Source: a virus
Taxonomy: Duplodnaviria; Caudoviricetes
IMG/VR virus record: IMGVR_UViG_3300017714_000064
Coordinates: 1-34,096 of that record
Length of the DNA: 34,096 nt
Direction: 5' to 3' (one strand)
The translations under genes were made by a program, and so were the position numbers. Numbering within the stretch: position 1 is the stretch's first letter; every line of letters starts with the position of its first letter. Below are positions 10,101 to 22,100 of the stretch, piece by piece. The notes beneath the pieces were generated by a model that saw nothing but the letters and a program-made list of their open reading frames with translations, searched no databases and had not been told where the DNA came from.

Positions 10101-13100
10101 ACAAAGGAAGTGGCACTGCTAGATTGACCAACTAACTTCATTCCCCTTGTAATATATCCATAATATAAACCTTGACGTAAATCTGCAAGGGAAGAAGTAT
10201 CAACATTGAGAACTTTAGAAGTAGTTCCATAAGTAGATGTCAATGTTAAAGTCTTTTTGTATGGATTAATTGTATATTTTTCTGTTGGATTATCAAAACG
10301 ACCAGATTTGTGATTTTGGTTACAAACTCTAAATCTTATTTTAGCAACACCATCAATATATCCAATTACAGTTTCACCAACTTCAAATGATCCAGTAGAA
10401 CCATCAGTAGAAAGAGAAGAATCTGATGCAATTTCAATTAATTTTGGAATTACATCAACATCAGAATTTCCATCTAAGAAATGATAAAATCTAGTATTTG
10501 GTTTCAGATTAAATGCTGTAAATTCTACATTTCTAGATCTCAAATAAGATTCGGTTACTTTACCTACACTAGTATTATCATTACCAGTATTTACTAAGTC
10601 TGTTTCTTTTTCAATTTTTACATTTTTTTGCGATTTTTTGTGATTGATATTTCCTTCAATCGTTCTAAACCATTTGTCACTAGGAGGATTTAATAAAATT
10701 TTTCCATTATAAGATGGAATTCCGAAGGAATTTACTTTTTCGGTTTTTGTTGCAAATGGTTGCTCAATCCAATCTTTGTGTGTATATGCTAACGTTAAAG
10801 ATTTTCCTGTCTTTTGAATAGAAGAATCTTTCAACACAAAATTTTCATTCAAGTCTAAATCATTTATAGTTGTATTATCCCTCGAAACGACTAAAGAATC
10901 CAAGGAATCTCTTGATATACTTGGTAAAAGATTTTTATACTCACCATCAATCAATACTGTAGATAAAAAACTATCAATCTTTGAATAGTCAGAAAAATCA
11001 TCTACAAAAAATCCTGACTTAAATCTATCCTTTCCTTCAGAATCTTTAATTTGTAAAGACTGGACGTTTGCCTCCAGTAGAGACAAACTTGTTACTTCTT
11101 CAAGAACCTCTACACGATCTTCTATGAGACTAATATCTCTCATAGTATATCTTTTATTGTCTACAGATATTATTTCTGCATCTTGAGGATCATAAAGATA
11201 TGCTGGTAAATTGATTGTACCCAATTCCAACATGTCTTCTCTGGTTTTTGGTTCTTCTGGATTTTTTGATGGGATTCCTTTATCAACCAAAAATTCTCCA
11301 GTTGTAGTTAAATAAACTTTATCAATTCTTGGTAAATAGAAATTCTGTGATAAAATAGAACTTTCCCCTGCTGCTAACAATCTTGAAGGGTTAGAGTTAA
11401 ATGCCCCAGTTCTAGATGCAAAGTCAAAGGGCGATCTATTGGTAGTTATATCAGGATTAAATGTTTCAACTCTAGGTCTAAAATCTAAAGTATCAGTTGC
11501 TCTAATTTTTCCGGAAATTAATGGGATGTCACTTAAATATCTCTCTTCTTGATAAGAAGCAACTGTAAATACATCTCCATCTTCATTAGCAGGAACGGAA
11601 TAATGATCAAAAACGATCATCATTGTTCTAGATGGTTCTGAAGCACTTTCACTTCTAACAATCTTAGAGTAATCGTAATATTGTTCTTTTTGACCCCTGT
11701 CAAGTTTAAATGAGGTTGAAATATCTTTATAACTTCCTTTTATAATTGCTTCTAACGTGCTATTAATATTAGATTCTTTGAATTTTACTGGTTCACCAAC
11801 AATAAATTTTTGATTATTTAAATAAACAATTCCTAAAGTATCAGCAGATGATGATGGAGTAGTAGTTACATTTGCAACCACTCTAGCTACTGCACCACTT
11901 TCTGTTCCTATGATATTTTCACCAATAATGGCATTATTACTAACATCAGAAGAAGATGGGAATTGAAGTCTATCTAAAACTGGATTGGATTTATCTAAAG
12001 ATTCGTATACACAAATAACTTTTACAGCATCTGGATAATTTAATGAAATTTCTTCATCTTGAACTCGTAATCCATAATAATTATTAAAAGTTAATCCATC
12101 ATTTTTTGAAGTATTTTCGTTTGATCCGGATTCTTTAAATTTTGATCTAGTTACGAATGTAACTGTGCTTCTATCATAATTTTTAACTTTACTTTGAATG
12201 TTATCTTTAAGTACCGTTACATTAACAACAGAGTCATTAAATGACAAAGTATCATCTAATCCTTTTATAGTTAAATTACTACCGGATATAGAGATAGAGT
12301 CACTAGTAATTCTAGGTATGTTTCCATTTGCATAACCTACAGTATATCTTTCTTCATCAAATGCTGGCCATGTTATCCCATTAATGTTTGACAAATCTCC
12401 AGATGTTGATAATTGCAATTCATCATCACCGTTAACATTTTTTCCAACTATCTGTTCATTTAAATATAAATTTGAAGTTGATAAATCTATTGAAGATGTA
12501 TTTTTTTCTGGTAATAATGCATATAACTTACCAGAACCCCTAACAGTAGGTTGAGCAAGGAATCCAGAAACTTGTGAATCTACAATTTCTGGACCAGAAA
12601 CAAATTGACCGGGAGATGAAGGAATTGCACCATCAAAAACACCAGCAACAGTTGTTATTCCAGAAACTTCAAATGAAAGTCCATCATTACTAACAGATAC
12701 AACTCTATTATAAGTTTCTAGTTTTAGATTACTTCTTTGATATCTGATAATATTATCAGTTTTTATACCTACAAATTTGCGACCATTTGCAGTTACTGTT
12801 GATATTCCGGTGGATGCCCCAGAAACAGAAATTAAAGATATTCCACCGTTAAAAGAAATTCTATCTAAAACTACATCTGCAATAAAATCACTAGCAGATG
12901 CACCAAAAGGAGATATTTGTTTTACTGATTTTACATCTCCAATTCCATAACTTTGAACAAATTCTACAGATCTAGAGGATTCAATACCATTTACAATCAA
13001 ACCCTCTCCCTTTACAAAAGTTCCTGAAGTTTGCCTCAAGAAGATGATATTTGATGCTGAGGAATCTGATTCTAAGAATCCACTAGCTCCTGATGTTGCT

Positions 13101-14539
13101 CCTTCTACAATAAAAGATTCTAAGTATTCATTTGCAGTTAAATCCGCATTTAGAGTTAATTTTGTATATGTTTGAATGTCATATAATCTTAAATCCCAAT
13201 TAGTAGAATCATCTAAGTATGCAGAATCTCTTAAATTGAAAGAATATACTCTTGCTTCTCCAATTTTAGATCCAGACCCAAAAAATTGAGAATGTAAATC
13301 AATTGTAGATCTAATCTTTGCTAAACTAGTAACATTGTTTACTGTAAACAAATTTCCAATTTCGAAAGAAATTCCTACATCGGGTAAATTTTTAGTATCT
13401 CTTGGTTTTTCTACATCTACTATTTCTGTAGATACTTTTTCGATATCATATCCTCTTACATATGCCTTACCTGGAGAAATTTTTAATGATGCTAAATCAT
13501 CAGAAGGAACATTGCCTTTAGTTGTTTGTTCATTTTCGAAAAATAAACCATCATTCCCTAAACGATTATTTAAAGAATTTGCTAAAGTAATATCAAAAGG
13601 ATTTATTGCATAATGCCCAGATTCATCATAAGTTCTTTCTGCAAGATAATCTCTAATTTTAGAAAATTCTGCTTTTGTTTCAATTTTTTTAATTTTTCCA
13701 TCTTCTACCTGAAGAAGTTCTATAAAATTAGTGTCATTATTATCGGATAATTCTTTTTTACTTAAATTTAAAGATATTTTTAATCTATCGGAACCTGGAG
13801 ATGCAAAGTTAGAAAATCCTTTTGCATTATCATATAAAGATGTATCATCTTTAGCAGATATTATTGATTCAGTTACAGATAGACCAACTCTATAAGAAGG
13901 AGTATTTGTATAGTAATCTAAAATTATATTTTCATCATTTACATTTACAAAATAACCTCTAACAAAGTAAACACCTTTTCCAATAAATGCTGCAGAACCT
14001 ACAGATGTAGATTCTGAATTAATAAGAGATGCAAATGCCGTTCCGGAATTAATCGTAGTATTACCATAAACTACATTATCTAAAGCTGCGAGAGTTTCAC
14101 CATCTTGGAACTCTGTAAATTCGAAATTCTGATCGGAATCTAAGTATTTAAGATATAACGTAACATATTCTACATCATCAGACTTATCTGGAAGTATAAC
14201 TTTCCTTACCTTTGCCGTTATTCCTGTTACTTCACCTACTATAGTTTTTCCTAAGAAATTTTCAATATAAAGTGATATATCTACCCCAAATTGAGTTGAA
14301 TTTAACTTTACGGCAAAGAAATTTGGATCATATCCAACATTTCCAGGAATCACCATCGATCCCTCTTTAAATATAAAACTACCAAAATCTTCTACTTGAT
14401 TTTGGATAATAGATTGTAAAGTAGTTAGTTCTCTAGACTGAACTGGATATCCTGGTTTGAATAATACTTTATAAAAATTATTCCCACTATCGAAATCATC
14501 GTAATATGGACCTATGTTTAAATTTGTTTTCTGTGACAT
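7181..14539 (-). CDS. VrlC / DUF4815-like large virion structural protein
   Basis: PYYDDFD...VLFKPGYPVQSRELTTLQS N-terminus, RTYDESG, RYTMRDI, RFKSGFFVDDF, DPLAQTF, QDLKFKLYKAEF. Likely start is MSQKTNLN at 14539, just after the gp8 stop. Confidence 0.85.
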   Translation of the reverse strand: MSQKTNLNIGPYYDDFDSGNNFYKVLFKPGYPVQSRELTTLQSIIQNQVEDFGSFIFKEGSMVIPGNVGYDPNFFAVKLNSTQFGVDISLYIENFLGKTIVGEVTGITAKVRKVILPDKSDDVEYVTLYLKYLDSDQNFEFTEFQDGETLAALDNVVYGNTTINSGTAFASLINSESTSVGSAAFIGKGVYFVRGYFVNVNDENIILDYYTNTPSYRVGLSVTESIISAKDDTSLYDNAKGFSNFASPGSDRLKISLNLSKKELSDNNDTNFIELLQVEDGKIKKIETKAEFSKIRDYLAERTYDESGHYAINPFDITLANSLNNRLGNDGLFFENEQTTKGNVPSDDLASLKISPGKAYVRGYDIEKVSTEIVDVEKPRDTKNLPDVGISFEIGNLFTVNNVTSLAKIRSTIDLHSQFFGSGSKIGEARVYSFNLRDSAYLDDSTNWDLRLYDIQTYTKLTLNADLTANEYLESFIVEGATSGASGFLESDSSASNIIFLRQTSGTFVKGEGLIVNGIESSRSVEFVQSYGIGDVKSVKQISPFGASASDFIADVVLDRISFNGGISLISVSGASTGISTVTANGRKFVGIKTDNIIRYQRSNLKLETYNRVVSVSNDGLSFEVSGITTVAGVFDGAIPSSPGQFVSGPEIVDSQVSGFLAQPTVRGSGKLYALLPEKNTSSIDLSTSNLYLNEQIVGKNVNGDDELQLSTSGDLSNINGITWPAFDEERYTVGYANGNIPRITSDSISISGSNLTIKGLDDTLSFNDSVVNVTVLKDNIQSKVKNYDRSTVTFVTRSKFKESGSNENTSKNDGLTFNNYYGLRVQDEEISLNYPDAVKVICVYESLDKSNPVLDRLQFPSSSDVSNNAIIGENIIGTESGAVARVVANVTTTPSSSADTLGIVYLNNQKFIVGEPVKFKESNINSTLEAIIKGSYKDISTSFKLDRGQKEQYYDYSKIVRSESASEPSRTMMIVFDHYSVPANEDGDVFTVASYQEERYLSDIPLISGKIRATDTLDFRPRVETFNPDITTNRSPFDFASRTGAFNSNPSRLLAAGESSILSQNFYLPRIDKVYLTTTGEFLVDKGIPSKNPEEPKTREDMLELGTINLPAYLYDPQDAEIISVDNKRYTMRDISLIEDRVEVLEEVTSLSLLEANVQSLQIKDSEGKDRFKSGFFVDDFSDYSKIDSFLSTVLIDGEYKNLLPSISRDSLDSLVVSRDNTTINDLDLNENFVLKDSSIQKTGKSLTLAYTHKDWIEQPFATKTEKVNSFGIPSYNGKILLNPPSDKWFRTIEGNINHKKSQKNVKIEKETDLVNTGNDNTSVGKVTESYLRSRNVEFTAFNLKPNTRFYHFLDGNSDVDVIPKLIEIASDSSLSTDGSTGSFEVGETVIGYIDGVAKIRFRVCNQNHKSGRFDNPTEKYTINPYKKTLTLTSTYGTTSKVLNVDTSSLADLRQGLYYGYITRGMKLVGQSSSATSFVKRIRLISDNYGDLIGTFFIKNPYSTPKPAVRIPTGTKTFSLTTSKTNKVNSILRSDTVSSNSSGLPTISNIPQSKAETNYVSKETDIKFERPLSKIRTKSRSIRNAISDEVIPNISVITNSDPLAQTFIVGNTLGNQSEIETNSDVNGATLTSIDLYFASIDSGNEEISVEIRSTKYGIPTRRVIGKPAILKPRTLNEDGSETININVSTVGNVATNIKFPEPIFLEPGKEYAIVVSSDKSEEYSLWTAVMGQQTIETKNLPDVDTVRYTKKVGIGLLYKNQNGSNWTPNNYQDLKFKLYKAEFTKNSGIAYFYNTQLSEGNTFVPKLKNNSITVLPKTGRLSISTTTSPILIEALSVGRKLAGTFSNGGSAIVVGTGSSVTNVGLTTTGENYPKSVTETVDTYNIVGKGRNLKLNITSNSSGTITSIGNSSTDSGNGYQVGDVVGIITSSTSTKTGSGSRITINAINGLDTVYLTNVQGEFGAQGSNHEFAVGVGISYYSNSGSIVTTSANIIDSVSDGGINSGNYIKVEHFNHGMYSNTNKVMLKNIQSSEVSTILNSALSVDNTSTVSVVDTSPFVNFEGIPVSGTNLGYIKVEDEIISYSAVGSGSLTISSNGRGIDSTKITSHANGSTVEKYELSGVSLRRINNITHNISSPIEMDSYYIEFSRGNTYGNDRSLDGSTNNYPQLSFNDNRVLGGSNVNASQNISFGAVVPNYDITTPSSSTSVSAQIRTVTGTSVGGNEASFNDKGFEDVLLNSFNPLNSVRLVCSEENQNEYLENLPNKKSFTTAIKFETSDSNLSPILNLDHAFTEFYSYRLNNPVSDYAKDSRVNSSLKDPHSSAYYSNLIKLKNPASTLKVILSAEKPVGTDFRVLYKLIKSDSSEVEQSFNLFPGYTNLTQSKDGLVVIDEGNNSGLPDRKVDSSIEGEFLQYDFTAENLDLFTGFVIKIVSSSTNQAKAVRINDLRCIAIR

Positions 14540-14546
14540 CTTTTTT

Positions 14547-16112
14547 TTAGAATTCCAGGATAATTTTAACGTCTTCTTTTTGCCTAGAGTCTCTTTCAAT
14601 CAGAGACCTGTTATCAATGTAAATTACCTTTCCAGTACTTTTATTTATCTCAGGTTGAGCAAGACCATCTTGAAAAGTGACTCCTAAATTTACTTGTTTT
14701 GAACCAATTGTTGTAGTTATTCCACTGAAAGATGTATTAACAGATCCACCAAAAGGAGTTATTTCAGATGAAGATGCCTTGAATGAAAGAACTTCTCCTT
14801 TATTTGAAATATTATTATTATCAGTTTGGTTTAAAGTATTATCAAAATATAAAGATCTATCTTGATAATACTTTAAAACATTAGTTTCTGTATCATAAGA
14901 AACAACATAACCTCTAGATGTTTTACTATCACCTAAATCTTGTTCCATAATCTCCCCAATTTGAGGAAGATCATTTAAATCAATAGAATCTGAATCTAGC
15001 TTTATAGAGTATAAGGAAGAAAATGTAGATTCTGTGTAATTTTCCGTTCTAGAGTTTAATTTTTTAGGATTTTGGAGTATTCCGACCTGAGCAAAATTTG
15101 TATCTACTGGAAAATCTTTTGTCGAATCGTCAAATCTAGAGTAAATTAATATTTTATCAGAACCTAATTCTGTGTAGATATCATATCCATGCCCATTCGA
15201 TGGTGGAATGATCGGAATCAATTTTGCTCTTTCTGAAGTAGAACCAGAACTTCTCAAATCAACTTGTGCCCAAGTATATCCATTTCCTCCAGAAATAACC
15301 TTCACGTCAGTTATTTGTCCATTATTATTTGCTGTTACTTCTACTTCACCCCCAGTTCCATCACCTACAATTTTGTAAGTTCCCGATATATAAATTGAAT
15401 TTCCTGCTTTTTCGATGTATACTTTTTTGATTTGATTGTTATTTTCAAAAGAATCACCAGATTCTCTTACATTAACAATTTGAGGATCTGTGGAAGTTTC
15501 CCAATCATTTGGTATTACGATATATTCCGTAGTATCAAATTTAATGATATCTGCAGGATTTACCGTAAATAGATATTTCCAAATATATCCATCACCACTA
15601 CTACCTGCTGCTGTAGGTTCTAAATCTACAAACTTTGGTTCATCTCTAGATATATTTCCTCTTAAATTAGTTCCAGAAGAACCATTATCTATACAAATAT
15701 AAACTTTAAAATCACTATTCATTACATAATAATTAGTATCATATAATCTACTTCTACTTGAATTTGGACTTAAATTACTTACACTGTAATCATGTCTATA
15801 CATGTCATACCGAGTATTAGAAGTCCAATTAATTCTTTTAATCACTCTTCTTACATTGTCACTTCCAATTTTTTTACCAAATAATATAGTATCTCTGTAA
15901 TGAGATAAGTATTGAAAATTATCTACAGGACTTGGAATATCTGATGGAGAAGCATTCCAAGTTGTAGTTCTACCGAAACCAACTGGAACTCCGGTACTAC
16001 CTGGATTAGATAAACCAAGAAATACATAATAAGAATTGTTAACGTTCAATAAAGATTCAACAAAATTATTTGCATTCACAATTCTAAATTGATCTGTTAC
16101 TAATGCCGACAT
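14547..16112 (-). CDS. gp8: Baseplate wedge subunit gp8
   Basis: RINWTSNTRYDMYRHDY, YYVMNSDFKVYICIDNG, DGYIWKYLF and C-terminal YIDNR...QKEDVKIILEF; follows the gp7-like gene. Confidence 0.9.
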   Translation of the reverse strand: MSALVTDQFRIVNANNFVESLLNVNNSYYVFLGLSNPGSTGVPVGFGRTTTWNASPSDIPSPVDNFQYLSHYRDTILFGKKIGSDNVRRVIKRINWTSNTRYDMYRHDYSVSNLSPNSSRSRLYDTNYYVMNSDFKVYICIDNGSSGTNLRGNISRDEPKFVDLEPTAAGSSGDGYIWKYLFTVNPADIIKFDTTEYIVIPNDWETSTDPQIVNVRESGDSFENNNQIKKVYIEKAGNSIYISGTYKIVGDGTGGEVEVTANNNGQITDVKVISGGNGYTWAQVDLRSSGSTSERAKLIPIIPPSNGHGYDIYTELGSDKILIYSRFDDSTKDFPVDTNFAQVGILQNPKKLNSRTENYTESTFSSLYSIKLDSDSIDLNDLPQIGEIMEQDLGDSKTSRGYVVSYDTETNVLKYYQDRSLYFDNTLNQTDNNNISNKGEVLSFKASSSEITPFGGSVNTSFSGITTTIGSKQVNLGVTFQDGLAQPEINKSTGKVIYIDNRSLIERDSRQKEDVKIILEF

Positions 16113-16139
16113 ATCTTTATTTTACACATGATTTTTAGA

Positions 16140-16147
16140 TATTTATA
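16140..16147 (-). promoter_or_regulatory. T4-type late promoter TATAAATA
   Basis: Exact consensus in the gap between the gp7-like gene and gp8. Confidence 0.85.
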
Positions 16148-16164
16148 TAATTTATAAAGAACTT

Positions 16165-19100
16165 TTAAATAGCACCAGTTTGTCTTAGTCCTACCCCTCT
16201 TCTAATTACTGAAGGGAATGCTGTTAATCCAACATCAACAGTTTTTCCGGTAACCCCAATAGATATTGGAGAACTTGATCTAACAACATTTTCTAATCTA
16301 CCCCAAGAGAATCTTCCGAGATATCCACCAGTTGTTGCAATACCTGCAATATTTGATCCAGAATCTACTGTACAAGTTATTATACCTGTAGGTCCGGAAG
16401 TAGTAATCTCATTGATATAGTAAATATTATCTAAGAAACTAGTTCCAATACCAATGATGGAATTGTCATCACCATCAACTGTGGTAACTCCAGATCCAAC
16501 ATTTGTGTTATAAACTAGAATTGCATTTCCTGTGGTCAAATTTTCAATATTAACAGAATTATTATTTTCATCTTTATCTCTCTCTATATTAAATTTCAGT
16601 GCAAGTTGACCAGAAGAAGTTGTAGTTCCTATTCCAATAATATTTCCATTAAATCCTTTAATATTTTGAATTATTCCAGTTTTTTCAATAATAGGATCTA
16701 TAGTTTCTACAATTGCACGAGGTGCTACTGTGTAACCAAATCCAGGATTTGTTATAGTCACTGAAGACAAAGTTCCTCCAACTGAAATATTTCCTGTAGC
16801 AGAAGCTGTTGTTCCTATTCCAGTTCCAACCGTTAAAGGATTCATAAATTTAATATCAATCGTAGAAGATGGTAAATAACCACTTCCAGGATTTGTAATT
16901 GTAATTTCAGAAATAGTTCCACCAGTGCCAATAATTGTAGTAATATCTGCAGATTCAAAATTATTGTTTTCTGCAATTAGTCCTTTAAATTGATATGGTG
17001 CTCCGTCAATATCATCAGAACCAAAGAAATCTACATTATCTACAAAAATATCGGTATCACTAGTTGAAACATCTTTTATAATCTTAGTGACTGGATAAAT
17101 CTGAGATAGAATAGACCTCCTTGTTTTAAATACTTGTTGTCCATTTACAACTCTATCAGTTTTTTGTTTTGTCCATGACAATGGTTTGAGATCAATTTCA
17201 TTTATACCTTGATCTGCATATGGATTTGTTTCAAAAGTATCCGATCTCGAAAGATCAAAAACAACTCTTTCATCTTGAGTTATTGTTTTGGGAATACTAT
17301 TATTCTTCTTTACTTGAATAGTGTCACCAACCTCTATAGATGGAATAATATCAGTAACTAAATTATCATCAGATCCTTTAGTTCCTCTATAGAAGAAAAT
17401 ATCAATATTATCTTCTACTTTAGGAGCTTCGGTGAAGAGGAAAGACGTTCCACCTTCAAAAGTATAAGCAGTTCCAGGATCTTGAATAATTCCATTAACA
17501 ATAATAAGTAATAAGTTCTTAAGATCTGTTTCTGGAATATCATCATTTCCTGATTCAAAACTAATCAAATCTCCCTGATAGAATAATGGAAATCTTCTTC
17601 TATTTCCATCTTGATAATTTTTAACAGAGTCAATGTAATCAAATTCTCCATATTGGAAAACAGCAAAATTATCACTATAAGTATTTAATACTGTTAGTTG
17701 AAATTGTGTTATAGGGGAAGATAATCTAGAATCTGTTACTAATCCTACAGGAGTAAATACATCACCTTTCTTAAATGCATATCCATTGTTTACTATTTTG
17801 AAATTTTTAACCTCAAAGTAAGTCGATCCTATTCCTGTTGTAGAACTCGCACCAACATCTACTGATACTTTAAAACCAACCCCAGTATCTGTAGTTGTTC
17901 CTAAACCGACTCTAGAAACACCAGTAACAGAAAGATTTTCATAAGATGGTTCAGACACAAATACTTGTGGATTTACATACTTACTACCACCATCAACAAT
18001 ATTAAACGAAAGTGTTCCACCAGCACCAACAGTTGCGGTAATTGTAGCTCCACTACCGACAGCAGAACCAACACCAACTGTAAATGTATTAGTAGTTGTT
18101 GCTGCAATTGATATAGTCGTCCCAAATGCAGGATCAGTACTTCTTGGATATGAATGTATAGAAGTATAATCATCTTTACTGCAGGTAAAGTTGATAGAAT
18201 TATCTGCAATGCGAATTGTATTGCCTACTTGCAATCCATGATTTTTAATTACTAATGTTAAAAGACCTGTGGCACCATCATAATTAGAATCTTCTGGTGT
18301 AAATGGTCCTCCAACTCCAGAAATTACAGTTATAGAATCAGTGTCTGCACTGTAAAAATCATGAGTATAAACAGGGTCAGTAACTATAACAGAAACAGGT
18401 TCTCTATAACCAGATCCAAAACTTAATCCATTAAAATATGGATATGCATTACCAGATCCAACATAACTATGAGGTATCGTACTAATTCCAATATCTAAAT
18501 TAAATGATCTTTCTGATACAATTCCAACGATATTAAATATATTTCCTAAAGTACCATCTGGGAAAATAGTCGTTGTTATTCCAGCATAAGAATTGTCACA
18601 AGAAAATTCTAAATTTTCTAACCAAATTTGCTGATTGGAAGAGTTTAAATTATGAATCGTAGAAGTAGTAACTTCCAAAATACCAGTTTCTTCATTATAA
18701 GAAGTTGTTTGTATTCCTAAACTTGAACCATATGTAGATACTCCAACTATGGATGTAATCTCTCCTAGTCCATTTAATCTTGGGAAAACTTTTGCTCCAT
18801 CTAATGGGGCAATTCCAAGTCCTCCAGAAGATCCTAAGGAAACAATTATTCCTCCTCTTGGGAGTTGATTTTGATTTACATCAATCTCTGAAATGAATAC
18901 ACTATTAGGATCCCCTAAATCACTTCTAATTCCTGTGAATGAAATACTAGTTATTCCAGCCACTGAGTCCTCTAAAATATTATAGTTTCCTACAGGATTA
19001 TTATCTGTTATTGGTGATTGGTAAATTCCATTTAGAATTACAAAACCATTTCCACCAGATGTGCCAATTCCCGTCGTATTTTGACCACCAACGGTCAAAG

Positions 19101-22100
19101 TATACGTTCTGCCAATTCCAGTAAAAGTAGGTCCAAGATTATCATAAATTTTATTTGTAGAGTAATCTTTTCTCAAAAACACTCTTCCTGAAAATTCTGC
19201 AGATTCATATTCTAAATTGGATTTATTTCTGGTTAAGATTGCATTTCCTCTAGGTGGTTCGGTAAAATTAATTTTACCATCCAAAATATTAAATGTTCCT
19301 TGAAAAACTTTCACAGAAGAAGAATCGGAATGAATCGTAGACGATGAACCTACAGTTCCTCTTTGAACATTTACTAAATTTATATCACCCAAACCAGATA
19401 TTGGACCAACATTAGTAGTTCCAAATCCAACATTGTTAACTAACATATATTCGTTATCAACTTTCAATAAATCCAGAGGATTTATCGTGGATATTCCACT
19501 TAAAGATATGAATGAAGAGGCTGCAGAAACCGATCCACCATTTCCTTCGAGAGTTTTAGTAATTAATGTCGTTACTAAAGGATATTGTACTAAATCACTC
19601 AAAGTTATTAAAACTTTTTCATTTGATTTGAACATCTCAAATTGATGATCATTTCCTGAACCCAAATCTGTAAATGTTACTGCAGTTCCTGCTCTGGTTG
19701 TGGAGATTTGGAAAGTGTCATCATCTTCATTCTTATTAATTACAAAAACGGAAGATGGTAATGAACCTTCTGATGCTCCATTTTTGTAAGTCATATCAAC
19801 AGCTGAAATTCCAGCAAAAGTTGATTTTGCGGTGTAAATTAATTCTTCGTTTTCGTTAAAATAATTTCCCGTAAGTGTAAATTTGCCGGTAGATGCATCA
19901 AGTTGATTTGTATTTACTGGATTAAATGTTCTTGCAAGAATAGGAACACCATCTTTTGTTAAAGTGAAACTCTTTGTATTAAATCTATCACCATTGATAG
20001 AATTGTATGCTGCAACTTTATGCTCATCTAAAGCAGATCCATAACTTAAAGGTTTTGGTTGATTTATAAAATCCACCTCAGTATAGAAACATTGACTGAA
20101 AGCATTTATACTTATATCTTGATTTCCATCTGGATAGAATACGAGATCAAAATTAGTAGAACCTAAGTAACTTCCACCAAAAGTTCCAATTCCAGTAGTG
20201 TAATTATCATCAGTAATGTATGGAGACTGTTGAATAAAAATATTATTTTGGTCTTGTAATAGCAAAACTTGATGTAGAGTTTTAATTGATCCTATTCCAA
20301 CTTCAATAAAAGATTTAACAGCATCAAAATTAAACTTGTTGAGAGATAATACAGTTTTTGCAGATCCAGCATTAGTTTCTTCAATATCTGATCTATAAAT
20401 AGCAGTTCTTTCAGTTGTTGCTGGTTGATTTTCTGCTAAGTATCTGTAATTACCTTCACCTCTACCTGTTGACCCAAATCCAACAATTCTTGACTTTATA
20501 ATAAGATTATTTGGAGAATTATTTTCAAAATCCAAAGTAAATTGCCCAGAATTAATATCTGCAACAAAAGATCCTATTCCCAGAAAACTATCCGAATTAA
20601 AATCACTATCACTATCAACAAAATATTCTGCAATACTGGTATTTTCCCCATCATGGGTAACATAAAGTTCTACAAGATTTGAAATATTATTTGATCCATC
20701 AATTATGTTTGCCGTTACAAAAATCGATGACAAAGAACTAGTATCGAATCCTACTATATTCATTGTGCTTCCTGTAGAAACTACATTGCTAAATGAGATT
20801 AAATCTACAAATCCTATAGATTCTGTTGATATCCCAATATCATTAGTAAATGATTTTTTAATAAATTTAATATCATAATCGACATTAAAAGGATCTGTAG
20901 GAGTGAATCTAATAAATGTATCTCCAAATAAATCAGTTTCAATCGAAAAGTCACCATATTGTTCATTTCCAGTATGAGAAGTTCCTAATCCTGAATTTGT
21001 AAGAGTTTCTTTTTCAAGAATTGCAAAATTATTATTTCCTGGATCACTAAGTATGGTCATATCAGTAAACTGAATCTGATTTTTTGATTCTTCGGAAACT
21101 ACTTTAATTAAGAAGTTTTGGTAAATTGAAGAATCACTTACCTTTTCGTCATCAATAGAAACAAATAATTCTGGATCAAACTCAGAATCTGAAAAATCTT
21201 CAGAAATATCATCAATTTTTAATACATTATTTGAAATTGCTTCATTAAAATCACTAAGTTTTTTTGCTTTTAATTTTAAAAATCTAGATTTTTTACCAAA
21301 AACATCAGCATCCTGAACTAAATCAAAATTATTAATAGTATCAACTCTTTTTTCATTTAAAATATCTACAACTATAGTAGTAACATTTGATGATGTTGTA
21401 ATTCCTACGTCAGATTCTTTAGTTAACTCTGTATGTGCAAAGTTTTTAGTTCCTATAGTATGTACAATGTCATTAATAGCAGTTTTTTGATCATTCCAAG
21501 TTACTTGACTCTTGATAGCATAAGAAAGATTTTGATAATAATCATTATCAGGAAGAACTTGATAATCTTCATTTAAAAATCCTGACCTAGTAAACCAACC
21601 TTCATCAACTCTATTAGTTGCAGAAACTGTGTAACTTCCATCAAAAAGATCAATATCATTAATAGTTGCTACGTTGCCACTTACTTTTCCTGTTATTTTA
21701 TCGTTAAATTTAATTGCATCGGATCCAAATATTTTTATTATATTACTACTTTCGTATTCAAATACTTCTAAATTTGATTCTTCACCATTCAACAAAATAT
21801 CTTCACCAATTTGAAAATTGGATGATTCAATTTCAACTAAAAATACTGGATAATTTTTTGTATTGACCAAAGTTCCTGAAGAATCTTGTATAGATTTTGG
21901 AGTTCCGGGATTAGATGATTTGGATTTTATTGTTACTATGTCTGCTCCGGAAGGATCTGCAGCTAAACCATAATTTGTGACGGTAAAGAATTTGTAACCA
22001 TAATCCTTAGAGTTAAAACCATCTCCTAACAACCCTTCTTTTTGAATACCTTCAATAAATACTTCATCATTTATCGCAAAAGGTTTTTTACCAAATCCAC

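Noticed and set aside
14540-14599. 20-aa N-terminal extension of the VrlC-like ORF
   Set aside because: It overlaps the gp8 C-terminus; ATG 14539 gives the expected N-terminus.
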